A stretch of DNA of 64,000 bases from Mytilus californianus (taxonomy: Eukaryota): the NCBI RefSeq assembly GCF_021869535.1, contig NW_026262659.1, positions 5,084,001-5,148,000 of the forward strand, given 5' to 3'. Every line of letters begins with the position of its first letter. Within the stretch, counting starts at the first letter, position 1. Of the stretch, positions 24,601 through 36,600 are shown piece by piece. Below the pieces are notes generated by a model. That model searched no databases, had not been told where the DNA came from, and saw nothing but the letters and a program-made list of their open reading frames with translations. Both the position numbers and the translations under genes were made by a program.

Positions 24601-27600
24601 GTTTATATTTAGTAACTTCATTATTTGTATGCACCATTTTCTGAAACTGAAATAATTAATCTCACATTTTGTCCGTAGTTCAACAATCTCAATAATTAGT
24701 CTCACATGTTGTCCATAATTCAACAATCTCAATATATAATCTCACATGTTGTCCATAATTCAACAATCTCAATAATTAGTCTTACATATTGTCCATAGTT
24801 CAACAATCTCAATAAATAATCTCACATGTTGTCCATAGTTCAACAATCTCAATAATTAATCTCACATGTTGTCCATAGTTCAACAATCTCAATAATTAGT
24901 TTCACATGTTGTCCATAATTCAACAATCTCAATAAACAATCTCAATAAATAATTCCCCATGTTGGCCATAGTTCAACAATCTCAATAAATAATCTCACAT
25001 GTTGTCCATAGTTCAACAATCTCAATAAATAATCTCACATGTTGTCCATAGTTCAACAATCTCAATAATTAATCTCATATGTTGTCCATAGTTCAACAAT
25101 CTCAATAATTAATCTCACATGTTGTCCATAGTTCAACAATCTCAATAAATAATCTCACATGTTGTCCATAGTTCAACAATCTCAATAATTAATCTCATAT
25201 GTTGTCCATAGTTCAACAATCTCAATAATTAATCTCACATGTTGTCCATTGTTCAACAATCTCAATAAATAATCTCACATGTTGTCCATAGTTCAACAAT
25301 CTCAATAATTAATCTCACATGTTGTCCATAGTTCAACAATCTCAATAAATAATCTCACATGTTGTCCATAGTTCAACAATCTCAATAATTAATCTTATAT
25401 GTTGTCCATAGTTCAACAATCTCAATAATTAATCTCACATGTTGTCCATTGTTCAACAATCTCAATAAATAATCTCACATGTTGTCCATTGTTCAACAAT
25501 CTCAATAAATAATCTCACATGTTGTCCATTGTTCAACAATCTCAAAAGAAAATACATGTAAAAGTATATTATAATTTAACTTTTAAGCATAAACTATAAG
25601 TTAAAGTATGTTAATTCTTTAATCATTTATAAAAGATAAATAGATTTTAAAGATAAGTGTTAAATTAAGATGTTCAAAAAGAAGTTATCCAGTACCACTT
25701 AAAACATTTGTTTTCCACTTTTTTAACTATCATTTATGACTCTGAAAAAAAAATTGTTGAAGTAGAAAACATCAACTAGCTTTTCATTTATGAAGATATT
25801 GTGATTGATTTTAATATGGATAAAGAAGATACTGGGTAATCATTCAATGAGACAGCAACTCAACTACACAAACAAACCAAACATAGATATGTGGATGTCA
25901 ATACTGTTAATTCAGAAATTATTGCGTGCATTTATTATTGCGATTTTTCAAAAATTGACAAGAATGCGAGTTTAATTATTGCGATTTCAGAAAAATCTAC
26001 ATACAGATCTATGTTTTAGTTATCAAAATGCGAGTTCTTATTATTGCGATACTCATCTAGTCGCATTATTCGCATTAATAAAAACCTCGCAATAATTTCT
26101 GAATTTACAGTATACTATCTTTAACAATAACAAGTGTCCATACCATAAGACAAGCTTAAAATTATGAAAAGTCGAAACAACCCATGAATTCATGCTTCAA
26201 ATATATAAGTGATAAATGTGAGGGTATATGTCAGTGAGACAGCAACCTAGTGACAAAAAACTAACCAAAAGATACTTTTTCAATGTTAGCATCAACACCA
26301 ATTTTCTTATCAGAACAATAAATTAAAAAAGGCAACAGCAACTATTTATAAATTATTACATATTACATTTTCAGTTGTTAAGAACATGTTCAGAACCAGA
26401 TCTGAGTAAACTGTCACAAAAAGATGTAATAAAAGTAGAAAGAAGAAGTCTAGAGTTAGAAAGAGTTAAAGAGGTGATATGTTATTTATTATCATTAGTA
26501 TGCTGCATACCCAGGTTCAGGGAAAGACTGTATGGGATTCCTTACTGCTAAAGAAATGTTCATTTATTTATCAAATTAAATTAGGAGTCCTAGGCCTGTT
26601 ATTAAAATACCAAATCAAAATTTCTTTGAAAAAATAACAGCTTCAAATTTGCATGTTTATATGTGTATTTAGCATTTTATTGTCTAGCCTGCTACTTGTG
26701 AGACATAGGTATTACTATCCGGCGGCTGAGGCAGCGTAAACTATTTGTATAAAGCGTTATATTTCAGAAGGTAGAAGACCTGGATGCTTCATACCTTGTA
26801 TACAGATACCTTATGTTACGAAAATTCTGTCTGTCATATGTCCATTGTCTTTGACCTCATTTTCATGGTTCAGCAATTGCTTGAAAAAAATTAGTTTTTT
26901 TGTCATGTGAATTTTACACTTATTATGAGTAGTAGGATAACTATATTTGGTATATGGGTTCCTTACAACGCCTACATGTCCGTCAGACAGGGTTCACCTG
27001 ACCTTGAACTCATTTCATGGATCAGTGATCAAGGTTAAAGTTACGTGATTAGGTCCGTTTTCTCAGATACTATTAGCAGTAGGTCAACTATATGTGGTGT
27101 ATGGAATGTTTGTAAGGGGTACATGTCAGTCTGTCAGGTTTCATCTGAACTTGACTTCATTTTCATGGTTCATTGGTCAATAGATACAAGAAGAAGTGGT
27201 ATGAGTGCCAATGAGACAACTCTCCATCCAAGTCACAATATGTAAAAGTAAACCATTATAGGTCAAAGTACAGCCTTTAACACAGAGCCTTGGCTCACAC
27301 CGAACAGCAAGCTATAAAGGGCCCCAAAAATGACTAGTGTAAAACCATTCAAACAGGAAAACCAACGGTTCGAATCTATATAAAAAACAAGAAACACTTA
27401 TGAACCACATCAACAAACGATAACCACTGAACATCAGGTTCCTGACTTAGGACAGGTGCAAACAAATGCAGCGGGTTTAAATGTTTGAATAGGCGCCAAC
27501 CTTCACCCTACCTGAAACAATAGTGTAACATCACCCATAGAAAGACAAACTATAAAATATCAATTGAAATGGCTTAACTCAATCAAAAGACATATTAACA

Positions 27601-30600
27601 AAAACAAGTGAACATACACTGAACGAATAAATTTGATCTATGACACAATGTAAATACAAAATTGAAAACAATATCAAAAAGACAACCATAACTTTGGATA
27701 AAATGCCACCAAATAAAACAATGTACACAGGTAAATAAAAATAATTTTGTTGTAAGGTATACATGGAGTACGGAAATAAGTTTTACAAAATAAATAATTT
27801 TGTTATTTCTAGTATGAAAATTTATCGTCATACTAAACATTTATCAAAGATGGTATATATTAAAAATAGTGAGACTAGATATAACTCTGAATAAGTAAAC
27901 ATTAAATAATGTTAGGTTTTTGTGTTTTGGTCAATTTCTTAAATACTAATAGCAATAGGTCAGCTATGTTTGGTGTATGGAACAATTGTAAGGTGTACAT
28001 GTCTGTCTTGCAGGTATTATCTGACCTTGACCTCATTTTCATGGTTCATTGGTCAATGTTAAGTTTTTTGGGTTTTGGTAGGTTTCCCAAATACTAATAG
28101 CAGTAGGTCAGCTATGTTAGGTGTATAGAACTTTGATAATGTTAAGTTTATATGATACTTGTAGTAAAACCTTCATGTTACAGAGTTTCAACATAAATTC
28201 AATGATAAGTAAAACAGGCGAGACATTTCAGCGTGTGCACTCTTGTATTATTGTAAGCATGCACTAATGAATCTATATAGAGCTTGTGATTTTATTAAAT
28301 ATCTTACTCCAAATGCACCCATTATTTATCTCGCAACTCATTCAGACCACAAGGCAAGAAAATAAACCCTTTAAATGTGTAATAAAAAAGGCTCCTTAAT
28401 TTAGTAAAAAAGATAATTGATAGAAAAAAATCTATCACACAAATAGCATTATCATAACTCCTCCTACTTTCCTGAAGTCTCTCTGTTGGGTCAACACTCT
28501 TCCCTGTTTAGCTGCCAGGGAGAAATCTGAAGTGTGATAACCCCTGATCATACCCAAAAAATTCTGAATGGAGGTTGCATTTCAGTGGGTTATTTTAGGT
28601 GCAATGTTGCAATATTCCATAAGATTCTGTTCCCTCTATAGTACTTAGCATAGGCATATATATAACTTGAATCAAAACACACTTTGTACTTTTATCAAAT
28701 CAAATTAAATACTAAAACTTTATATAAGTGAATGTTATTGGAAGTTACAGTATTATATCAACTCATCAGTTCACATAAAATAGAATATAAATTGTAACAC
28801 AGGATGACGATGCAGAAGATGAAGAATCAAGTGAAAATAAAGATAAAGATGATGAAGAGAATGAAGAAGAGGAAGATGTGTAAGTCCCAGGCTGATAGTC
28901 TTGGAATGTTAACTTAAAATTAGAAGATGTTGTATGCTTGCCAATGAGACAACTCTCCACCAGAGACCAAATGACATAGCAGTTAAATCAAATATATGTC
29001 ACGGAACAGCCTTTAACAATGAGCAAAACAGATACCACATAGTAAGCTATAAAAGGCCCCTGCATGACAAATGTAAAAATATTCAAAAGATTAAACTAAT
29101 GGCCAAATTTATAACAAAACGATTTACGAAACAAATATGACAGACATGAACTAACCAATATAATACTATCAACCCATTTTGAAACTTAGTGATTAACCAT
29201 GTGAGGAGTGTTGTTACTAAATTCTACTCTATATTTTTAATTATCATATTTTCCACATTACTAGATATAAACAATGCCTATTATAATACCCTTATCTCAA
29301 AACTTCCATAAAATCTTCAATACTTAATGGAACTTAACCCGAATAATTCAGTCCCTCCCCGTGATAGACTCTCCCACTCGCGAGGGCCTGAATTCTTTAT
29401 ACAATAAAAACGCATCACGAATCCAGGATTTTGATTGGTGTTTTCTGTGAGAGAGAGCCAATCAGCTAATTGCTCAATGTTATCGAGATAGGTAAATCCC
29501 GAGCTAATTCCAAATGATTATTTGACAATTTTTTATTGACAAGGTCTTCAGGCGTTAATGTAGCCATCGTAGAGCAGTGGAATATAACGACTGAATTATT
29601 CGGGTTAAATGGAACTGTGCACCTCCTGTTGATTTTTTAAGTGTTGATGATATTTATAAATAGTTTTGAGATTTTCCCTTAGCACAATATGGACTGTAAG
29701 TAGACACCTTGTATCTAAACTTTTACAAAGCCTATTACTAAATTTAAGTGAGACTCACACCTCTGACATTAGAATTTGATTTAAATTAATGTTTTATGGG
29801 ATTTCTTTCACATAGGAGAAGCTTCCTTTCTGTTGAAATGATGCCTATTTGAGTACCTAAGTATAGTTTGATATTGTATTTCAGTGATGAAGAAGAATAT
29901 GAAGAGTTAATGAGTGTACGAGAAACCATGGCTAGTCTCTTATTGAGGGAATGCAGCACAGGTGAGTGAATGAGAAACCATGGCTAGTCTATTACTGAGG
30001 GAATGCAGCACAGGTGAGTGAATGAGAAACCATGGCTAGTCTGTTACTGAGGGAATGCAGCACAGGTGAGTGAATGAGAAACCATGGCTAGTCTGTTACT
30101 GAGGGAATGCAGCACAGGTGAGTGAATGAGAAACCATGGCTAGTCTGTTACTGAGGGAATGCAGCACAGGTGAGTGAATGAGAAACCATGGCTAGTCTGT
30201 TACTGCGGGAATACAGCACAGGTGAGTGAATGAGAAACCATGGCTAGTCTGTTACTGAGGGAATGCAGCACAGGTCAGTGAATGAGAAACCATGGCTAGT
30301 CTGTTACTGCGGGAATGTAGCACAGGTGAGTGTACGGGAAACAATGGCTCGTCTGTTACTGCAGGAGCAGGTGAGTGAATGAGAAATAATGATAAGGGCA
30401 TTTGCAGAAAATGCCAATCTTTAAAGAAAATTTCCTTTACGTAACTGCCAAGGAATTTTTACCTTCTTTCGACTGATATTGTCAATTTCTGAACATGAAA
30501 TATCTGTTAATAATTTTATCTGATAAGGTATAAAGGATTAAACTATATTACAGATGATGATGGTTCAAATAAAGGAGACACAAACAAATTCAGATTGTCT

Positions 30601-33600
30601 GCAGCAAGCAATAAGGAGAACGACATTGAAGAGGAAAATGATGATAAAAATGATGATGAAGAAGATGAAGAAAATAAGGAAGATGAAAATGATGAAGATG
30701 AGAAGGGAGATGACAATGAAGAAGAAGAAAATGGTGATGATGGTGATGTAAATAATTACGCTGAGGCCTTAGAAGATGCTGAATATAAAGATGACAGTGC
30801 GTTGTTTGAATCAGGTAAGGAAAAGGAACGTTTTATTTTGGATAGTAAAGGTATGGTTCTTAGAAAATGTGGTACCAATCCATCGAAACAATTTTAAAAA
30901 TTCTTGTGAAATTTGATTTGAGCAGTAGTTTTAATCATCAATTCACAGATTCTGTCCCTTGGTGTCATGTACAATTAAACAGAACAGCTGTAAGAAAATA
31001 ATTTTTAGTAATATTTCTATCTTGAAACAAATGAAGCAGTGATTTACCTGAATTCGTAGACATATAACCACCCGCTATTAGGTAGGCATTGATATTCTTT
31101 GATTTTCTAATTTTGTGGATCTTAATTCAGCATGAACTTATAAAAAAAAATTTACAATAGAAGTGGACACTTTAGAAGAACAAAGGTTTGCATAAACAAT
31201 TATACCTTAAGATACCGACGTCAAGGTCTCCAAGGTCAAGGTCATAGTTTCTGAAAAACTATGCCATCAGGTCGATATTAACTATACTCTCTTATATAGA
31301 AGGCATAGCGTATGTGAGCTTCCTGACTTAAGGATCTTTAATTTTCTGCTTGTGAATAGTGTCAAGAGTAATGAAAACCATATTGTATTTTAGATGAGAG
31401 TGATGTTGATACACAGTTTGGAGATGATGACGATGATTTTGATTTGTTTTCACGGTTGGAAGAATCTCGAGCAGAATTGGAAGGTCATCTAGGTTGTGAC
31501 AAATTTCTAAAAGTATATAAAACAGTACAGGTAAGATATCCTAATTTGATTCTGATGCTCAGGTATAACAAAAAGTAAAGCTAATATATGGTGCTAAAAT
31601 TGAAAAAGGAAATGTATTAAATATGCTAATATTGAGAATAAGGAGTAGTCAGAGTTTCTCTGAAAGATTTTAAAAGTTATTTCATTTGCATTCAGATTAA
31701 AAAAAAACTTTACACCAAATGTTTATTTTATATTTAATTATGTATTAATAAAAGTAGCTGTTAATAAGTACAAATTTAGTGTAAGAACTACAACAAAACC
31801 TTTTAAAACTGTTTTTAGTCCACTATTGACGAAGTTGAAGGGGACTTTAGGTTTGCACTCTGTCTGTCTGTCTGTCAATCTGTCAGTCCGGTAAATCAGT
31901 TTTCCAGACTTTTTTTCTTCATGCTTGAAGATATTGATTTGATATTTGGTGTATTGTTTTATCATGACAAGTTACAGGTCAAGTTCAATTTTCATGATTT
32001 TAGCTTTTCTCCTTGTTCAGTGAAAGTCCTTTCCCTAGAATTAAATTTTTGATGAAATACTTATTAATTACTAGATTTCTGTTCAAAGGGAAATAATTCA
32101 TTTTCTAAAAGACATCGTATCAATGATAAATTACATTTTGGATTTTTTTCCTTTTCTTTAGTAAATTGTTTGAAGAATTTAGTGGTAGGTTTGTTTATTA
32201 TTTTATGTAGTTTACACCATGACAAGTTATAGATCAAGTTAGAATTTTGTTCCATTGCAATGAATTTTTAACCGGTAGGGGACTATGTATTGCCATGCAA
32301 TACTCACAGAATGCTTGTTAACTTTTTTTTGGAATACTTTCATACTGTGACATTTTAATTGATATGTCCTCTAAAACTCTATTGAAATGATGTCATTTTA
32401 GATCCAACTACATGGAAGCAATCCCTCCAAATCTCTATTGTAATGATGTCATTTTAGATCCAACTACATGGAAGCAATCCCTCCAAATGTGTTAATTGTA
32501 TTTTTTATTGAATGAATTACAGGCTCTTCAAGAAGATGAAGATGAGAATATAGAAGATGGGGCTAAATTAGCAATGAACATGTTAGGCAAAGATCAAGAA
32601 CATTTATATCCTAAAATATTCCAACTAGTCATGGCGGATGCAGCATTTACTGAAGGTAAGCTGTGTACATGTTAGGCAAAAATCATATGAACAACTATAT
32701 CCTAAAATATTCCAGCTAGTCATGGTGGTTGCAATTTTCACTGAAGGTAAGTCTTGAAGGTAAGGAAAAGATCATGAACAATAGAGTAGGAGTTATTGAT
32801 GGCTGCTTAATGTCCAGTGGCAAGTGTTTCGTGGTATTCAGAATATGACGTGTAAATATTATATTTATAATTTGATGGATCTAAAAGGTGGATTGACCTT
32901 TAGGAGCATATCCATATATACAAATGCATCCAGATGAGGTGAAAAGGGAAAGGTCAGTCTCTCAGTTGCTATGAGAAATAGACCATCAATATTTTGTCTT
33001 TATACTTGTTTTAAGGTGTACATGTTCAGTTATAAACATTTAAGCAGGTGAAACATTTCAGTGTGTTCACTCTTGTTTAGCTCAAAGTAATAATTCTGTC
33101 AATTTTTACACATGATGCAAAGGTGTATCTCAACATTTTGGTCTCAGCTTGTAAATACTAGTTATACAATATTTAACTTTGGGTTCCAAGAATCTAAAGG
33201 CAGTGGTATTAACTACTGCATTTATACTTGTGGTTGAAAAATGTAAATTTTAAGGAACTTAATAAGAAAATTTATACACAGGTGAAGATGACTAAAGGTA
33301 ACATATCACATTATATTGATGTAGTGTGTTAATGTATAAAGCTTTAATACCTCTCTTTTGCTAAAATTAGAGGAAAACATTTTTTTTTTCTTGCTAGATG
33401 TCTGCTTTAGTGCTAGATATTTACTAAGATCATTGATAGAAATATTGTAAATGGTAGGCTCATATATCAATTCTTTCACTGAGATTAAGTAAGGTAGGTA
33501 TTATCAACAATGAGTTGTCTGAAAGTAAGTACCTAGCTTATTTTATTCTCTAAAAAGTTCCAAAAAATGATTTCTTACATAGGAAATCAGCTGATAGGTT

Positions 33601-36600
33601 TTGGTCAAATGTTCAAAGACTTGATTAGAATGTGAGAATAATGATACTGCATAACAAACAAACCAGAATTTTATCCTCATACGACTGTTGTTGAATTGTG
33701 TGAGAAGTCCATCATAATCTGCCTTTGAAATTTTATGATTGTCTTTTTTTAATCCAAATTAAATAACATACCTATATATATAGCTATTCAGATAAAAGGC
33801 TTTTTATTGATTTTCCAATTGACAGAGGTTTTGGTATTTTATCCCATTTAAAGATGAGTTTATTTTGATACTTTTTGATTTTGTTATTCTTTAACCCTTA
33901 GACTGCTGCATTCATTTCTATTGTACTTCTGTGTATTGCTGAATAAAATTTTAATCACTGATGAAATAAACATGTTTACTTACAATTGCAATATCTTTGT
34001 AAATATTGAATATTCATCAATAAAAGTTATATAAAAAAGTATTGTTATATTCTGTATTTTTTATTTATTTTATTTTTGTGTGAGTCTCTGGTCATTTATT
34101 ACCTGTACAGGTGCAAATAGAGGTAAACAAAGGTAAATTTTTTTTCTTCATGTTTTATTAACGGGAATCCATCAATGTAAAAACTTTTCAAAGGTATCCA
34201 TGACTTCAGAATTGAACCAATATTGTTAAAAATCTCTTTTAAGAACTAGTTCCATTGTGACTATCAAAAGAAAAAAGTTTCTTCTCGGACCAACGTTTTT
34301 TTTTATGCAACTATTTTCCGGTATTTTCCTTCCGACTTTCAACTTTTACTTCCATGTACAAATATGTTTTAACAACAAGTTCATTGATATAACTTTCGTC
34401 AATAAATAATCTTGACAAACATAATGTTTGAATCTATTGATGTCAGTGATCAATATTGATTCACAGTTGAAAGGTGCAATGATAAACATCGCAAATCCTG
34501 TTTCATGTCATCCATTTCGAACATCGTCTGGGGAATCCCCGTGGTTCCCGCTTTAAAAGTCTTCTGTTCGCAGTTTTGCTAGAATGTTTCTATTTCCATC
34601 TATTATATCTTCTGTTCTCGTCCAAATCATTTATATTGGCCTCCGCTGTAACATCGTTAGCATTGAAATACTTCTGAACGTGTTGGCCATCGCTCCAAAC
34701 AATTTCCGCCATTGTGTTACTTTTTTCATCTAAATTTTTCACTTTCGGTTTCATCGCTTATACCTGATTTAAAGTCAAGAGAAACTTGAAAGTACGCCGA
34801 ATTTTAACCAATCAGAATCCATACAAGTCTAAACTGCCGCAATCTCGTGAATATTGACTCCGCCCATTCCATGGTAACTGTGTAAACAAATGAGATACGG
34901 AAACGACAATAGTCGGGCGTAGCAGTAGCGGACTGCTTTATCGGAACGACAATAGTCGCGCGTAGCAGTCTAAGGGTTAATTGTTAAACTTGATATGTAA
35001 TAACAGAAGGTTGATTAAATTTTACATCATTGAAATGATTCATATATATCTTGATCTGGAAAAGTTTATTATGGCAAAAAGATTTATTCTATCAAACTTT
35101 TGTTTTGTTAAGATATATATCATACCATAAGTGGAATCCAGGTATTTTTAACAAGGATGTACTTCTATTATTCTTGTCATGATTAAGTAGGATGAAGTAA
35201 AAAAACTTTGTTTAAATGATAGAAAATCATAAGTCCCTCGTATAGATTTGATGTTTTCAAATATTTAAAGATTGAAGAAATTCCAGTATGTTTATTTTTT
35301 GTCTTTGTTCTTCTTCTATTTATTTTTTCTTTCTTCTTGGGTGATGGATTTTTCTTTGCTTTAGAATGTAGGAGGCATTCATGCATCCTCTCTCCCTTAA
35401 TTCCAGACTTTCCTATAAGCTAATATTTTTTTTTCTTATTCAAACATAATATCTATAATCTGTTATCTTTATTTTTCTCCTTACACAGTATAACATGTAT
35501 ATGTATTTAGTCTAATCTTCTTTTTGTTTATTTTTATGCCCCCTCAACTGAAAGTTGGGGGCATATTGTTTTACCCCTGTCCGTCCGTCCGTCCGTCTTG
35601 GCACTGCATAAGGATCTACTTTCCCTTTCATTCACAAAATCGTGTGTGATATTTTTCACAGAAACGCACAAATTGTTTGGTGAATGAAACACTTGTTATT
35701 GTTTCAGTATAGTTACTTTAGGTTTTTTGAACTATTGTGTGAAAATTTGAACAGAAAATGTACGAAAAAGTCCGATAAACTTAAAAAATTTGTGTTATCT
35801 GCAATATTATTGATACCTTTTCTGATCTGAGTTTTTATTTATAAACAGTCTGGTGCTGTTCTAAGTTTCTTTTATTTCTGTTTCTTGAGAAGAATTTGTT
35901 CAACCTGCTCAGTCACTATTTAGTGTTACAATTCATATTTAGACGCAACCTATAAATAGTGACCAAAAGGGTACCGACTTGGCATGAGAGAAGCTAGAAA
36001 AAAAATGAAATATACACATTTTCGACATTTTTTGTGGGACTATTATCTTGAATTAAGGAGATGTATAGACAGCTATTTATAGACCAAAGAGCAAATGAGC
36101 GAACAAATTCAGAGTGAGATGTGAATCAAGGATTCGAAAAAGGGGTTGCCCGGGGGGCCCAAAAATAGACAATGTTTGGAGTGAAAAGGTAAAATGTCAG
36201 CATTAACCATCAATGTAACCTTTATAAGGATTGACCCGGGCCAATCTATGAAGTTCTCTCCCAACTTGCTTGTACATCCAAACTCTTTTTTAAGCAGAAC
36301 TTTTACCATTAAATTTAAATTCTTAATTCTTCAGTCGTAAAGACAATTTGGAGAACGTAGAATAAAAATCATTATTATTTGTTTCTGCAGGACAGAGACA
36401 GAAAATGGAACCACAGTAAATGTTTTTATTTGTGTTTGCTTCCTGTAACCATACACTAAAATATTGTCTGCAGTGATGCACATTTTGGACAGTACAAAGT
36501 GAATTTAATGAATTCACTTTTTATTTAGTCTCTGATAAACTATTTAAGATGAATTTTGTCAGAATCTAGATTTATAAACTATACGTTAGCTTTCAAATTA

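Noticed and set aside
30554-30751. ORF MMMVQIKET..MMKKMKK
   Set aside because: Off-frame reading of the acidic NEK1 exon 30554-30814.
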